A stretch of DNA of 32,957 nucleotides from an uncultured Ruminococcus sp. (GCA_937898375.1 CALEJX010000125.1:1-32957); one strand, 5' to 3'. Positions 7,280 to 18,332 are shown, numbered from the stretch's first letter. Program-made: numbers and translations. The notes: generated by a model not told the origin, from the letters alone.

Positions 7280-7594
7280 TGTTAATACCGAACACAGTAT
7301 GTGCTTATGCTTCTTGCGATAGCGGACAAGGTCTGCTTTAGCGTGAGTATGTGTGATGCTGTGTGCGCTGTTTTCTGAGTCCGAAAGCCTTATGGGTTTC
7401 GGAATTTTTTATGAGAGCGGCAGGAAACACACGGCAGAGTGTAAACGGGTGTCAACAGAAAGCTTTTAAAAGCTCGAACCTGTCAATTGCGTAAGCGATC
7501 GGCACGCCTCGATCATTTACGCAATTGACTGAGGCTTGAGTGAAAGAAAGCTGCCCCCTAAACTTTTTTTAATTTGCACAAGGAGGCGATTTAA

Positions 7595-7909
7595 GTGGCA
7601 GTCAATGAAAAGATCAGAATCAAGATCAAGGGTTACGAGCACGCAGTTGTTGATGCAGCTGCAGCAAAGATCGTTGAGGCTGTTAAGCGTTCAGGCGCAC
7701 AGGTTTCAGGCCCTATCCCACTTCCTACAGACAAAGAGGTAATCACGATCCTCAGAGCTGTACACAAGTATAAGGATAGCCGTGAGCAGTTCGAGATGAG
7801 AACTCACAAGAGACTTATCGACGTGCTCAGACCTACAAAGGAAACAACGGCAGCTCTTGAAAATCTTGAACTTCCTGCAGGCGTTAACATTGTTATGGAG
7901 ATCAAGTAA
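7595..7909 (+). CDS. rpsJ: 30S ribosomal protein S10
   Basis: SGPIPLPT and [20 protein letters not shown] motifs; GTG start after AAGGAGG. Confidence 0.99.
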   Translation: MAVNEKIRIKIKGYEHAVVDAAAAKIVEAVKRSGAQVSGPIPLPTDKEVITILRAVHKYKDSREQFEMRTHKRLIDVLRPTKETTAALENLELPAGVNIVMEIK

Positions 7910-8003
7910 TCTCCAAATGAGATCGCGTGCGATCTCAAAAAACATTTAACACGCAGGTCACGTCGGACAAGTCCGACCAATAACCACATAGGAGGAAAAC
8001 ATA

Positions 8004-8639
8004 ATGCAAAAGGGAATCATCGGTAAGAAAATCGGTATGACACAGATTTTCGATGAAGCAGGAAAAGTAATTCCTGTAACAGTTGTTGAAGCTGGTCCTT
8101 GCGTTGTCGTTCAGAAAAAGACAGTTGAGAATGACGGCTATGAAGCTGTTCAGCTGGGCTACGGCGACATCAGAGCGAAGAGAGTAAACAAGCCTCTTCA
8201 GGGTCACTTCAAGAAGGCTGACGTTGCAATGAAGAGAACTCTTAAGGAGTTCAGACTTGCTGATACATCAGCTCTTAATGTTGGAGATATCGTAAAGGCT
8301 GACACATTTGCTGCAGGCGACATCGTTGATGTTAGCGGTACAAGCAAGGGTCACGGATTCTCCGGTACGATCAAGCGTCACAACAACTCAAGACTTAAGG
8401 AAACTCACGGTACAGGTCCTGTACACAGACATGCAGGTTCTATGGGTGCTTGTTCTTCACCTTCAAGGATCTTCAAGGGCAAGGGTATGCCTGGTCAGTA
8501 CGGTAACGTAAAGGTAACTGTACAGAATCTTGAGATCGTCAAGGTAGACGCAGAAAACAATCTTATCGCAATCAAGGGCGCAATTCCTGGACCAAAGAAC
8601 GGTACAGTTACAATTTGCGACTGCGTTAAGAAGGCTTAG
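8004..8639 (+). CDS. rplC: 50S ribosomal protein L3
   Basis: [10 protein letters not shown] and SGTSKGHGF motifs; synteny. Confidence 0.99.
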   Translation: MQKGIIGKKIGMTQIFDEAGKVIPVTVVEAGPCVVVQKKTVENDGYEAVQLGYGDIRAKRVNKPLQGHFKKADVAMKRTLKEFRLADTSALNVGDIVKADTFAAGDIVDVSGTSKGHGFSGTIKRHNNSRLKETHGTGPVHRHAGSMGACSSPSRIFKGKGMPGQYGNVKVTVQNLEIVKVDAENNLIAIKGAIPGPKNGTVTICDCVKKA

Positions 8640-8656
8640 TGGAAGGAGGAATCATA

Positions 8657-9280
8657 ATGTCACAGATTTCAGTATTTGATATGACAGGCAAAAAGGTTGC
8701 CGACACTGAGCTTAACGATGCTATTTTCGGTATCGAGCCAAACAAGGCTATCATGCACGCTATGGTTGTAAATTATCTTGCTAACCAGAGACAGGGCACA
8801 CAGTCAACTCTTACAAGAACAGAAGTAAGAGGCGGCGGTAGAAAGCCATGGAGACAGAAGGGAACAGGTCACGCAAGACAGGGTTCTATCAGAGCTCCAC
8901 AGTGGGTACACGGTGGTGTTGCTCTCGGTCCTAAGCCAAGAGATTACAGCTATTCACTTAATAAAAAGGAAAGAAGACTCGGTATGAAGTCTGCACTTTC
9001 AACAAAGGTCGTTGATGAGAACCTCGTAGTTGTTGATTCTATCAAGCTCGAGAGCTACAAGACAAAGGCTGTTGTTGAGATGCTCAAGGCACTTGGCGCA
9101 GAGGGTAAGGCTCTCATCGTTACAGCAGAGTCTGATAAGACCGTTATCAAGAGTGCAGCCAACATTCCTGGCATTAAGACAGCTACTGTAAATACTCTCA
9201 GTGTTTACGACATTCTGAACTATGATAAGTTTATCGTTTCTTCAGAGGCTGTAAAGAAGATTGAGGAGGTTTACGCATAA
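8657..9280 (+). CDS. rplD: 50S ribosomal protein L4
   Basis: [25 protein letters not shown]. Start moved to ATG 8657, after SD AAGGAGG. Confidence 0.98.
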   Translation: MSQISVFDMTGKKVADTELNDAIFGIEPNKAIMHAMVVNYLANQRQGTQSTLTRTEVRGGGRKPWRQKGTGHARQGSIRAPQWVHGGVALGPKPRDYSYSLNKKERRLGMKSALSTKVVDENLVVVDSIKLESYKTKAVVEMLKALGAEGKALIVTAESDKTVIKSAANIPGIKTATVNTLSVYDILNYDKFIVSSEAVKKIEEVYA

Positions 9281-9570
9281 TGAGAACTGCTCAAGACATT
9301 ATTTTAAAGCCAGTTATCACTGAAGACTCTATGGATAGACTTCAGGCTAACAGATACACTTTCAAGGTCGCTAAGGACGCTAACAAGATCGAGATCGCTA
9401 AGGCTGTTGAAGAACTCTTCAACGTAAAGGTAGCTAAGGTAAACACGATCAGCGTTAAGGGTAAGCAGAATAGAATGGGAAGAAGCGTAGGCTACAGACC
9501 AGACTGGAAAAAAGCGATCGTTACTCTTGAGGGTGACAAGACAATCGAATTCTTCGAGGGCTTGTTCTAA
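9280..9570 (+). CDS. rplW: 50S ribosomal protein L23
   Basis: [20 protein letters not shown] and WKKAIVTL motifs. Confidence 0.99.
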   Translation: MRTAQDIILKPVITEDSMDRLQANRYTFKVAKDANKIEIAKAVEELFNVKVAKVNTISVKGKQNRMGRSVGYRPDWKKAIVTLEGDKTIEFFEGLF

Positions 9571-9765
9571 TATCCTCTAAAAGAGGTGCAGCGTAAAGCT
9601 GCATTCCTCCGAAAGACTTCATGAATACCGAGAAGCTTTCGGAAAGGTCTTGCGAGGCGGCGAGGACCGCTCATTCATTTCACCGCAGGACGTAAGTATG
9701 GAAGGGCACTTGGCGTGAAAACGCTTTGACCTTTTCGCAAAACTCAGATAAGGAGTGAATTTTAA

Positions 9766-10599
9766 ATGGCAATAAAGAGCTACAAGCCTACTACAGCCGG
9801 TAGAAGAGGTATGACAGTTACCGATTATTCCGAGCTTTCAAAGGCTGCTCCATGTAAGTCTCTGCTTGAGCCGCTCAAGAAGAACTCAGGTAGAAACAGC
9901 TACGGTAGAATCACTGTTCGTCACAGAGGCGGCGGAGTAAGAAGAAAATACCGTGTAATTGATTTTAAGAGAAACAAACTCGATATGAACGCTACAGTTC
10001 TTACTATCGAGTACGATCCAAACCGTTCAGCTTTCATTGCTCTTGTAGAGTATGAGGACGGCGAGAAGAGATACATCATCGCACCTTATGGTCTTAAGGT
10101 AGGTGACGTTATCAGAGCAGGCGCAGACGCGGATATCAAGCCTGGTAATGCACTTGCAATGATCAACATTCCTGTTGGTACATTCATCCACAACATTGAG
10201 CTTTACCCTGGCAAGGGCGCACAGCTCGTTCGTTCAGCAGGAAATATGGCTCAGCTCATGGGTAAGGAAGACAACTACGCACTCGTAAGACTTCCTTCAG
10301 GCGAGATGAGAAAGGTCCCTGTAAACTGCATGGCTACAATAGGTCAGGTAGGAAACATCGACCATGAGAACGTTAATATCGGTAAGGCAGGTAGAAAGCG
10401 CCATATGGGCTGGAGACCTACCGTTAGAGGTTCTGTAATGAACCCATGCGATCACCCACACGGTGGTGGTGAGGGTCGTGCTCCAGTTGGTAGACCAAGC
10501 CCAGTTACACCTTGGGGTAAGCCAACTATGGGATACAAGACCCGTGCTAAGCATCATCGCTCCGATAAGTTTATCGTAAAACGCAGAAACGGTAAGTAA
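9766..10599 (+). CDS. rplB: 50S ribosomal protein L2
   Basis: [10 protein letters not shown] and [17 protein letters not shown] motifs. Confidence 0.99.
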   Translation: MAIKSYKPTTAGRRGMTVTDYSELSKAAPCKSLLEPLKKNSGRNSYGRITVRHRGGGVRRKYRVIDFKRNKLDMNATVLTIEYDPNRSAFIALVEYEDGEKRYIIAPYGLKVGDVIRAGADADIKPGNALAMINIPVGTFIHNIELYPGKGAQLVRSAGNMAQLMGKEDNYALVRLPSGEMRKVPVNCMATIGQVGNIDHENVNIGKAGRKRHMGWRPTVRGSVMNPCDHPHGGGEGRAPVGRPSPVTPWGKPTMGYKTRAKHHRSDKFIVKRRNGK

Positions 10600-10622
10600 T
10601 GCTGAAAGGAGGCAGATGATCA

Positions 10623-10904
10623 ATGGGTAGAAGTGTCAAGAAGGGACCATACGTACAGGAGGTCCTTTACAAGAGAGTTAAGGCAATGAACGATGCAGGC
10701 GAGAAGAAGGTGCTCAAGACATGGAGCAGAGCTTCTACAATATTCCCTGAATTCGTTGGTCACACATTCGCAGTTCACGACGGACGTAAGCACGTTCCTG
10801 TATATGTAACAGAGGACATGGTTGGTCACAAGCTGGGAGAGTTTGCTCCAACAAGAACATTCAAGGGTCATGCAGGTTCAAAGACCTCAAACAACGGTAA
10901 GTAG
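10623..10904 (+). CDS. rpsS: 30S ribosomal protein S19
   Basis: KTWSRAS and [13 protein letters not shown] motifs. Confidence 0.99.
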   Translation: MGRSVKKGPYVQEVLYKRVKAMNDAGEKKVLKTWSRASTIFPEFVGHTFAVHDGRKHVPVYVTEDMVGHKLGEFAPTRTFKGHAGSKTSNNGK

Positions 10905-10923
10905 TGCGGAAGGAGGAATACAA

Positions 10924-11259
10924 ATGGAAGCAAAAGCAATTCTGAGAAATGCTCGTATTGCTCCTCGTAAGGTGCAGATCGTTCTCGATCTGATCAGAGG
11001 AAAAGACTATGATGTTGCAATGGCAACAGTAAAGCATACACCAAAGGCTGCAAGTGAATATCTTGAGAAGCTTCTGAAGTCCGCCGCTCACAACGCTGAG
11101 AACAACCATAACATGGATAAGAACAACCTTTACGTTGCAGAGTGCTATGTTTGTCCGGGACCGATAATGAAGAGAATCATGCCAAGAGCACAAGGCAGAG
11201 CATATAGAATTCTGAAGAGAACATCACACGTTACGATCGTTCTCAAGGAAAAGGAATAA
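10924..11259 (+). CDS. rplV: 50S ribosomal protein L22
   Basis: [16 protein letters not shown]...PRAQGRA...KRTSHVT. Start moved to ATG 10924, after AAGGAGG. Confidence 0.98.
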   Translation: MEAKAILRNARIAPRKVQIVLDLIRGKDYDVAMATVKHTPKAASEYLEKLLKSAAHNAENNHNMDKNNLYVAECYVCPGPIMKRIMPRAQGRAYRILKRTSHVTIVLKEKE

Positions 11260-11279
11260 GCTGAAAGAGGAGGTAAACT

Positions 11280-12062
11280 ATGGGACAGAAAGTAAATCCA
11301 CACGGACTTCGTGTCGGTGTGATTAAGAATTGGGACTCCCGCTGGTTTGCAGAAAAGGGTACTTTTGGCGATACACTGGTTGAGGATTACAACGTTCGTA
11401 ACTACATTCTTAAGGTACTGAATACAAGGTCAAAGAATCCAGCAGATAAGTGCGTATACGCCGGCGTTCCAAAAGTAGAGATCGAAAGATTTGCCGATAA
11501 GGACGGCGGTCAGAAGGTAAGAATCCACATCCACTGTGCAAAGCCTGGTATCGTAATAGGCAGAGGCGGCGCAGAGATCGAGAAGCTCCGTGCAAACGTT
11601 GAAAAGATGATCGGCAAGAGCGTTGCTATCAACATCGTTGAGGTAAAGCAGCCTGACATCAATGCACAGCTCGTTGCAGAAAAGATCGCACACGATCTTG
11701 AAGATAGAATCTCATTCAGAAGAGCAATGAAGCAGTCTATCGGCAGAGCTATGAAGCTCGGCGCTAAGGGTATCAAGGTTAGATGCGGCGGCCGTCTTGG
11801 CGGCGCTGAGATCGCTAGAGCAGAGACATACCACGAGGGTACGATCCCGCTCCAGACTATCAGAGCTGACATCGACTACGGTACAGCTGAGGCACACACA
11901 ACTTACGGTAGGATCGGCGTTAAGGTATGGATATACAGAGGCGAAGTTCTTAAGGGCGAAGTTGCTGCTTCAGACAAGAGAGAGTCAAACGACAGAAGAC
12001 GCCAGAACAGAAATGGTAAGCGTGACTTCAATAAGGCTAAAAAAGAGGGAGGTAACAAGTAA
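11280..12062 (+). CDS. rpsC: 30S ribosomal protein S3
   Basis: [21 protein letters not shown] and [11 protein letters not shown] motifs. Confidence 0.99.
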   Translation: MGQKVNPHGLRVGVIKNWDSRWFAEKGTFGDTLVEDYNVRNYILKVLNTRSKNPADKCVYAGVPKVEIERFADKDGGQKVRIHIHCAKPGIVIGRGGAEIEKLRANVEKMIGKSVAINIVEVKQPDINAQLVAEKIAHDLEDRISFRRAMKQSIGRAMKLGAKGIKVRCGGRLGGAEIARAETYHEGTIPLQTIRADIDYGTAEAHTTYGRIGVKVWIYRGEVLKGEVAASDKRESNDRRRQNRNGKRDFNKAKKEGGNK

Positions 12063-12493
12063 TGCTGCTTCCAAAGAGAGTTAAGTTCAGAAAACAGCAC
12101 CGTGGCCGTATGACAGGCAAGGCTATGAGAGGTAACACAGTTTCTCACGGTGAGTATGGTCTTCAGGCTCTTCAGCCTGCTTGGATCACATCAAATCAGA
12201 TCGAAGCTGCCCGTATCGCAATGACAAGATACATCAAGCGTGGCGGTCAGGTTTGGATCAAGATCTTCCCAGATAAGCCTGCAACAAGAAAGCCTCTTGG
12301 AACTCGAATGGGTAAAGGTAAGGGCGCACCTGAGTATTGGGTAGCCGTTGTTAAGCCGGGCAGAGTAATGTTCGAGATCGCAGGAGTACCTGAAGAGACA
12401 GCTAGAGAAGCAATGCGTCTTGCAATGCACAAGCTGCCTATCAAGTGTAAGTTCGTTAAAAGAGATACTCAAGAAACGGGTGGTGAGCAATAA
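12062..12493 (+). CDS. rplP: 50S ribosomal protein L16
   Basis: [16 protein letters not shown] and RMGKGKG motifs. Confidence 0.99.
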   Translation: MLLPKRVKFRKQHRGRMTGKAMRGNTVSHGEYGLQALQPAWITSNQIEAARIAMTRYIKRGGQVWIKIFPDKPATRKPLGTRMGKGKGAPEYWVAVVKPGRVMFEIAGVPEETAREAMRLAMHKLPIKCKFVKRDTQETGGEQ

Positions 12494-12690
12494 TGAAGGC
12501 TAATGAAATCAAGGATATGACAGTCGACGAGCTCAACAGCAAACTCGCTGAGCTCAAGCAGGAGCTTTTTAACCTTCGTTTCCAGCACGCTGTAAATCAG
12601 CTGGAGAATCCTAAGAGACTTCAGGCTGTGAAGAAGGATATTGCTCGTGTAAAGACATTCATTCGTAAGCAAGAGTCCAATGTTCAGTAA
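12493..12690 (+). CDS. rpmC: 50S ribosomal protein L29
   Basis: [11 protein letters not shown] and KKDIARVKT motifs. Confidence 0.98.
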   Translation: MKANEIKDMTVDELNSKLAELKQELFNLRFQHAVNQLENPKRLQAVKKDIARVKTFIRKQESNVQ

Positions 12691-12711
12691 TTTTCGAAGG
12701 GAGGATTAACT

Positions 12712-12972
12712 GTGAGCGAAGAGAGAAATTTGAGAAAAACTAGAGTTGGCGTTGTAGTTTCTAACAAAATGGATAAGACTATCGTAGTTGCTATCAAGGA
12801 TAACGTACAGCACCCACTTTACAAGAAGATCATCAAGAGAACAGTTAAGCTTAAGGCACATGACGAAAACAATGTTTGCAATATAGGCGACAAGGTTGAA
12901 GTTATGGAAACAAGACCTCTGTCAAAGGACAAGAGATGGCGTCTTGTTAACGTTCTTGAGAAGGCTAAGTAA
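12712..12972 (+). CDS. rpsQ: 30S ribosomal protein S17
   Basis: VVSNKMDKT and [11 protein letters not shown] motifs. Confidence 0.99.
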   Translation: MSEERNLRKTRVGVVVSNKMDKTIVVAIKDNVQHPLYKKIIKRTVKLKAHDENNVCNIGDKVEVMETRPLSKDKRWRLVNVLEKAK

Positions 12973-13044
12973 TTAAAACGCATAGTGCAGGTGGCAGATA
13001 ACTTCTGCCGACCGCACGTTAAATTCTGAAAGGAGGAACGCACT

Positions 13045-13413
13045 GTGATACAAATGCAGACTTACCTGAAGGTAGCAGATAACTCCGGAGCAAAGGAGCT
13101 TATGTGCATCAGGGTACTCGGCGGAACACGCAGAAAGTATGCAAACATCGGTGACGTTGTAGTTTGTTCTGTTAAAAAGGCAACACCAGGCGGAGTTGTT
13201 AAAAAGGGCGACGTTGTTAAAGCAGTAATCGTTCGTTCAGCTAAGGGTCTTCGTCGTGCAGACGGCACATATATCCGTTTTGACGAAAACGCAGCTGTTA
13301 TTATCAAAGAAGACAAGAACCCAAGAGGTACTCGTATATTTGGACCAGTAGCTAAGGAGCTCAGAGAGAAGGACTATATGAAGATCCTTTCACTTGCTCC
13401 AGAAGTTCTTTAA
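13045..13413 (+). CDS. rplN: 50S ribosomal protein L14
   Basis: [16 protein letters not shown] and SLAPEVL motifs. Confidence 0.99.
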   Translation: MIQMQTYLKVADNSGAKELMCIRVLGGTRRKYANIGDVVVCSVKKATPGGVVKKGDVVKAVIVRSAKGLRRADGTYIRFDENAAVIIKEDKNPRGTRIFGPVAKELREKDYMKILSLAPEVL

Positions 13414-13430
13414 TTGGAGGTGTCGTAACA

Positions 13431-13754
13431 ATGAATAAGGTACACGTAAAAACAGGCGACACCGTCGTTATCCTCTCCGGTAAGGACAAGGGTAAGAAGG
13501 GCAAGGTCCTGGAAGTTTCCCCTAAGGAGGGAAAGGTAATCGTTGAGGGTCTTAACATTGCTACAAAGCACGTTAAGCCAAGACGTCAGGGCGAGCAGGG
13601 CGGCATAGTTGAGGCTGAGGCTGCAATGTACGCTTCAAAGGTACAGGCAGTTTGCCCTAAGTGCGGCAAGCCAACAAGAGTCGCTCATAAGTTCCTTGAG
13701 GACGGTACTAAAGTTAGAGTCTGCAAGAACGCAGACTGCGGCGAAGAATTTTAA
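13431..13754 (+). CDS. rplX: 50S ribosomal protein L24
   Basis: [19 protein letters not shown] motif; C-terminal CPKC...C-x4-C. Confidence 0.99.
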   Translation: MNKVHVKTGDTVVILSGKDKGKKGKVLEVSPKEGKVIVEGLNIATKHVKPRRQGEQGGIVEAEAAMYASKVQAVCPKCGKPTRVAHKFLEDGTKVRVCKNADCGEEF

Positions 13755-13770
13755 TTAGGAGGATATTACG

Positions 13771-14313
13771 ATGGCTAGACTTAAAGAATATTATGTTAGC
13801 GACGTAGCTCCTGCTATGATGAAGAAATTCGAATACGCTAACGTTATGCAGATCCCAAAGCTTGATAAGGTTGTTATCAACGTGGGCTGCGGCGCAGATA
13901 AGGATAACAAGAAGGTTATCGACGCTATTATGACTGATCTGGCTGCTATCACAGGACAGAAGCCGATCGTTTGTAAGGCAAAGAAGTCCGTTGCTAACTT
14001 CAAGCTCAGAGACGGACAGATCATCGGTGTTAAGGTAACACTGAGAGCAGAGAAAATGTATGAATTCGTTGACAGACTTTTCAACGTAGCATTTCCTCGT
14101 GTAAGAGACTTCAGAGGTATCAACCCTAACTCCTTCGACGGCAGAGGTAACTACTCTACTGGTCTTAAGGAGCAGCTGATCTTCCCTGAGATCGAATACG
14201 ATAAGATAGATAAGGTTCGTGGTATGGATATCAACTTTATCACAACTGCAAAAACTGACGAAGAGGCAAAGGAGCTGCTTTCACTTATGGGTGCTCCATT
14301 TGCTGATAAGTAA
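13771..14313 (+). CDS. rplE: 50S ribosomal protein L5
   Basis: [15 protein letters not shown] and EQLIFPEI motifs. Confidence 0.99.
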   Translation: MARLKEYYVSDVAPAMMKKFEYANVMQIPKLDKVVINVGCGADKDNKKVIDAIMTDLAAITGQKPIVCKAKKSVANFKLRDGQIIGVKVTLRAEKMYEFVDRLFNVAFPRVRDFRGINPNSFDGRGNYSTGLKEQLIFPEIEYDKIDKVRGMDINFITTAKTDEEAKELLSLMGAPFADK

Positions 14314-14327
14314 GAGGAGGATAAAAA

Positions 14328-14513
14328 ATGGCTAAGAAGGCTATGATCAACAAACAGCAGGCTACGCCTAAATATTCCACTCGTGCTTACAACAGATGTA
14401 AGATCTGCGGAAGACCTCATGCTTATCTGAGAAAGTTCGGCGTTTGCCGTATCTGTTTCAGAGAGTTGGCTCACGAGGGTAAGATTCCGGGAGTTAAGAA
14501 GGCTAGTTGGTAA
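14328..14513 (+). CDS. rpsZ: 30S ribosomal protein S14, zinc-binding (type Z)
   Basis: 61 aa with CKIC...CRIC and C-terminal GVKKASW. Confidence 0.98.
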   Translation: MAKKAMINKQQATPKYSTRAYNRCKICGRPHAYLRKFGVCRICFRELAHEGKIPGVKKASW

Positions 14514-14529
14514 AAGGAGGTTAACACGC

Positions 14530-14928
14530 ATGCAAATTACTGATACAATAGCGGATCTTCTTACAAGAATCCGTAACGCAAGTACTGCGAAGCACGCAAC
14601 AGTTGACGTTCCTGCATCTAATATGAAGAAGTCTATCACACAGATCCTCGTAGACGAAGGATACGTTAAGGACTTCAAGATCATTGAAGACGGTAAGCAG
14701 GGTATCATTAGAATTACTCTTAAATATGACGAGAACAGAAATCCAGTCATCACAGGACTCAGAAGAGTTTCAAAGCCTGGTCTGAGAATTTACGCAAGCT
14801 GCGAGGATATGCCAAAGGTTATAAAGGGCCTCGGTATTGCAATCGTATCTACTTCAAAGGGCGTTATCACAGACAAGAAGGCTAGAGAGCTGAATGTCGG
14901 CGGAGAAGTTCTCGCATTCATCTGGTAA
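14530..14928 (+). CDS. rpsH: 30S ribosomal protein S8
   Basis: [11 protein letters not shown] and SKPGLRIY motifs. Confidence 0.99.
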   Translation: MQITDTIADLLTRIRNASTAKHATVDVPASNMKKSITQILVDEGYVKDFKIIEDGKQGIIRITLKYDENRNPVITGLRRVSKPGLRIYASCEDMPKVIKGLGIAIVSTSKGVITDKKARELNVGGEVLAFIW

Positions 14929-14941
14929 GGAGGACTAAGTT

Positions 14942-15493
14942 ATGTCAAGAATAGGTATTAAGCCAATTAGTGTTCCTGCAGGTGTAGAGGTTACTGTTGC
15001 AGACGGAAACGTAGTTACAGTAAAGGGTCCTAAGGGTTCACTCACAAAAGAGTTCCACAAGGATATGATCATAAAGTGTGCAGACGGCGTGATCACAGTA
15101 GAGCGTCCTTCAGAAGATAAGCTCCACAAGTCACTGCACGGTCTGACAAGAACACTCGTACACAACATGGTAGAGGGTGTTACAGACGGTTTCGCAAAGA
15201 AGCTTGAGATCGTTGGTGTAGGTTACAGAGCTCAGAAGCAGGGTAAGAACCTTGTTATGAACCTTGGTTTCTCTCATCAGGTTATCGTTCCTGAGACAGA
15301 TACTATCAAGATCGACGTACCTGACGCAAACCACATCGTAATTTCAGGCTGCGACAAGCAGGAAGTAGGTCAGTTTGCTTGTGAGATCCGTGAGAAGCGT
15401 CCACCAGAGCCTTATAAGGGTAAGGGTATTCGTTACGAAGGCGAGTACGTTATCCGTAAGGAAGGTAAAGCTGGTAAGGGCAGCAAGAAGTAA
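14942..15493 (+). CDS. rplF: 50S ribosomal protein L6
   Basis: MSRIG and [10 protein letters not shown] motifs. Confidence 0.99.
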   Translation: MSRIGIKPISVPAGVEVTVADGNVVTVKGPKGSLTKEFHKDMIIKCADGVITVERPSEDKLHKSLHGLTRTLVHNMVEGVTDGFAKKLEIVGVGYRAQKQGKNLVMNLGFSHQVIVPETDTIKIDVPDANHIVISGCDKQEVGQFACEIREKRPPEPYKGKGIRYEGEYVIRKEGKAGKGSKK

Positions 15494-15511
15494 TAAAAGG
15501 AGAGAATTACT

Positions 15512-15871
15512 ATGGTTAAAAAGCTTGACAAGGCTAAGGCAAGAGCCAAAAGACATCAGAGAGTCCGCAACAAGATCAACGGAACAGCTGATTGTCCTCG
15601 TCTCAACGTATTCCGCTCCTCTAAGCATATCTATGTGCAGATCATTGACGATGTTAACGGCGTAACACTTTGCAGCGCTTCTTCAATGTCCAAGGATTTT
15701 GAAGGCAACGGCGGCAACAAGGAAGGCGCTCACAAGGTCGGCGAGATGATCGCTCAGGCAGCTAAGGCAAAGGGTATCGAGAATGTCGTATTCGACAGAG
15801 GCGGATACCTTTACCACGGACGTGTTCAGGAGTTGGCAGACGGAGCCCGTGAAGGCGGACTTAAGTTCTAA
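15512..15871 (+). CDS. rplR: 50S ribosomal protein L18
   Basis: PRLNVFRS and [12 protein letters not shown] motifs. Confidence 0.99.
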   Translation: MVKKLDKAKARAKRHQRVRNKINGTADCPRLNVFRSSKHIYVQIIDDVNGVTLCSASSMSKDFEGNGGNKEGAHKVGEMIAQAAKAKGIENVVFDRGGYLYHGRVQELADGAREGGLKF

Positions 15872-15886
15872 AGAGGAGGGTAAACA

Positions 15887-16387
15887 TTGGCTTTAATAGA
15901 TGCTTCAAACATGGAACTTACTGAAAAGGTCGTTGCGATTAACAGAGTATCAAAGACTGTTAAGGGCGGCCGTATAATGAAGTTCTCAGTCCTCGTAGTA
16001 GTAGGCGACGGAAACGGAGTAGTAGGTTTCGGAATCGGTAAATCAGGAGAAGTTCCTGACGCAATCAGAAAGGCAATCCAGGACGCCAAGAAGAACCTTA
16101 TCAGAATTTCACTTAAGGGAACAACTATCCCACACGAAATTATCGGTAAGTTCGGTGCAGGCGAGGTTCTTCTCAAGCCTGCAGCACCAGGTACTGGAGT
16201 TATCGCAGGCGGCACAGTAAGAGCCGTTGTAGAAGCTGCTGGAATCAAGGATATCAGAGCTAAGCAGCTCCGTTCAAACAATCCTTACAACGCAGTAAGA
16301 GCTACAATAAGCGGTCTTGCTAACATCAGAAGCGCTGAAACAGTAGCAGCTCTCAGAGGCAAGACAGTTAAAGAAATTACAGGCTAA
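15887..16387 (+). CDS. rpsE: 30S ribosomal protein S5
   Basis: [10 protein letters not shown] and PGTGVIAGG motifs; TTG start. Confidence 0.99.
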   Translation: MALIDASNMELTEKVVAINRVSKTVKGGRIMKFSVLVVVGDGNGVVGFGIGKSGEVPDAIRKAIQDAKKNLIRISLKGTTIPHEIIGKFGAGEVLLKPAAPGTGVIAGGTVRAVVEAAGIKDIRAKQLRSNNPYNAVRATISGLANIRSAETVAALRGKTVKEITG

Positions 16388-16401
16388 GGAGGATAACAGT
16401 T

Positions 16402-16578
16402 ATGGCAATTAACATCGAACTGATAAAGAGCCTTAACGGAAGAAGCGATAAGCAGGTCGCTACCGCTAATTCACTGGGTCTCAGAAAAATCGGGGATAAG
16501 ACTTGTCAGCCTGACAATCCTCAGACAAAGGGAAAGGTAAAGGTTATCTCCCATCTTATTAAAGTAACTGAAGCATAA
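16402..16578 (+). CDS. rpmD: 50S ribosomal protein L30
   Basis: Translated by hand (58 aa, absent from the track): MAINIELIKSLNGRSDKQVATANSLGLRKIG...ISHLIKVTEA*. Lies between rpsE and rplO, with SD AAGGAGG. Confidence 0.96.
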   Translation: MAINIELIKSLNGRSDKQVATANSLGLRKIGDKTCQPDNPQTKGKVKVISHLIKVTEA

Positions 16579-16593
16579 GGAGGTGCAATCTGA

Positions 16594-17034
16594 ATGAAAC
16601 TGCACGAATTATCACCTGTTGCAGGCTCCGTAAAGGAGAGCAAGCGCAAGGGCAGAGGTCACGGTTCCGGTAACGGAAAGACCGCAGGCAAGGGACACAA
16701 AGGTCAGAAGGCTCGTTCCGGCGGCGGAGTTAGACCGGGCTTTGAAGGCGGACAGACAATGCTCGCAAGAAGAATCCCTAAGCGTGGATTCAACAATATT
16801 TTCGCAACAAAGTATGCTATCGTAAATGTATCTGATCTTGATAGATTTGTTGACGGCACAGTTGTTGATACTGAGCTTCTTAAAGCTTCAGGCATCATCA
16901 AGAAGGAACTTGACGGCGTCAAGATCCTCGGAAACGGCGAATTAACTAAAAACCTTACCGTTAAAGCTGCTAAGTTCTCAGCAGCTGCTAAGGAAAAGAT
17001 TGAAAAGGCAGGCGGGAAGGTTGAGGTGATGTAA
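16594..17034 (+). CDS. rplO: 50S ribosomal protein L15
   Basis: [24 protein letters not shown] and GFEGGQ motifs. Confidence 0.99.
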   Translation: MKLHELSPVAGSVKESKRKGRGHGSGNGKTAGKGHKGQKARSGGGVRPGFEGGQTMLARRIPKRGFNNIFATKYAIVNVSDLDRFVDGTVVDTELLKASGIIKKELDGVKILGNGELTKNLTVKAAKFSAAAKEKIEKAGGKVEVM

Positions 17035-17036
17035 TT

Positions 17037-18332
17037 GTGATAGAGACATTTCGTAATGCCTGGAGAGTTCCGGAATTAAGAAAAAAACTTCTATTTACTT
17101 TTTTCATCATCATCATCTACAGAGTCGGCGGTACAGTTCCTGTACCTTACCTTGACTCAACCGCATTGTCAGCATGGTTTGAACAGAGTGCTTCGTCAGG
17201 TGACTTTTTCAGCTACCTGAACGTTCTGTCAGGAGGTAACTTCTCAAAAGCTACCCTCTTGGCGCTCTCCGTTTCACCTTATATTAATGCACAAATTATC
17301 ATTCAGCTTCTGACCTATGCTCTCCCACCTCTGGAAAGACTCCAGAAAGAGGGACCGGAGGGAAGAAAGAAACTCAACAAGATAACAAAATATGCGTCCC
17401 TTGCTATTGCGATCTTCCAGGCGTGGGCTTATTACCTCACCATGAAGAAAGCGGGCGCTTGTGTTTACACAGAGGGCTTTAGCAAGATATTCGCAGAGAT
17501 CGTTATTATCGCTTGCTTTACAGCAGGTGCGTCACTGACTATTTGGCTTGGTGACGAGATCAATGAAAAGGGTATCGGAAACGGTATCTCAATGCTCCTG
17601 TTCGCAGGTATCATTGCTAGAGGCCCTTCAGCAGTACTCAGTCTCTTCAGTTTGATGAAGACTGGTGATGCTAAGAAGATCATACTTGTTATCTTCATAC
17701 TCATTGTGTTTGTTCTGATGATAGGCTTTATCATCTTTATGAACGAGGCTGAAAGAAGAATACCGATACAGTACGCTAAGAGAGTAGTCGGCAGAAAACA
17801 GTACGGCGGTCAGAATACATTTATTCCGGTCAAGATCGCAATGAGCGGCGTTATGCCTATCATATTTGCAATGGCTTTCATGTCACTGCCTTCAACACTC
17901 AAGATGTTCATTGAACCTAAGAGCGGAAGTTTCTACGATCACTTCCTCCACTGGTTCGAGTACACTCATCCGTTCTACGCTTGTCTGTACTTCGTGCTGA
18001 TAATCGGCTTTAACTATTTCTACGTTTCAATGCAGTACAATCCACTTGAGATCGCTAACAACCTCAGACAGAATAACGGCGGTATCCCTGGTATCAGACC
18101 GGGCAGACCAACTTCCGATTATCTGAAGAAGGTTCTGTCAAAGATAACATTGGTAGGAGCTGTGTTCCTCGGAATAATCGCTATCTTCCCTATTATCTTT
18201 TCTTCGATCGCAAAGATGAACATTGCAATGGGCGGTACTTCGATACTCATCGTTGTATCAGTTGCTCTTGAAACTGCAAGAACTATGGAATCTCAGATGA
18301 TGATGCGTCATCATAAGGGCTTCCTTGAATAA
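17037..18332 (+). CDS. secY: Preprotein translocase subunit SecY
   Basis: Multi-pass membrane protein with GIGNGIS, GVMPIIFA and IPGIRPG motifs. Confidence 0.99.
   Translation: MIETFRNAWRVPELRKKLLFTFFIIIIYRVGGTVPVPYLDSTALSAWFEQSASSGDFFSYLNVLSGGNFSKATLLALSVSPYINAQIIIQLLTYALPPLERLQKEGPEGRKKLNKITKYASLAIAIFQAWAYYLTMKKAGACVYTEGFSKIFAEIVIIACFTAGASLTIWLGDEINEKGIGNGISMLLFAGIIARGPSAVLSLFSLMKTGDAKKIILVIFILIVFVLMIGFIIFMNEAERRIPIQYAKRVVGRKQYGGQNTFIPVKIAMSGVMPIIFAMAFMSLPSTLKMFIEPKSGSFYDHFLHWFEYTHPFYACLYFVLIIGFNYFYVSMQYNPLEIANNLRQNNGGIPGIRPGRPTSDYLKKVLSKITLVGAVFLGIIAIFPIIFSSIAKMNIAMGGTSILIVVSVALETARTMESQMMMRHHKGFLE

Noticed and set aside
7448..7560. GTCAAC...TTGACT pattern resembling the 5' end of HEARO/omega RNAs
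   Set aside because: The downstream conserved segments I would expect are not evident, and no iscB, tnpB or tnpA gene is nearby. It is better explained as part of the rpsJ leader.
7536..7742. 68-aa ORF overlapping the rpsJ start (possible leader peptide)
   Set aside because: TTG start without a good SD, out of frame across rpsJ, and no recognisable features.
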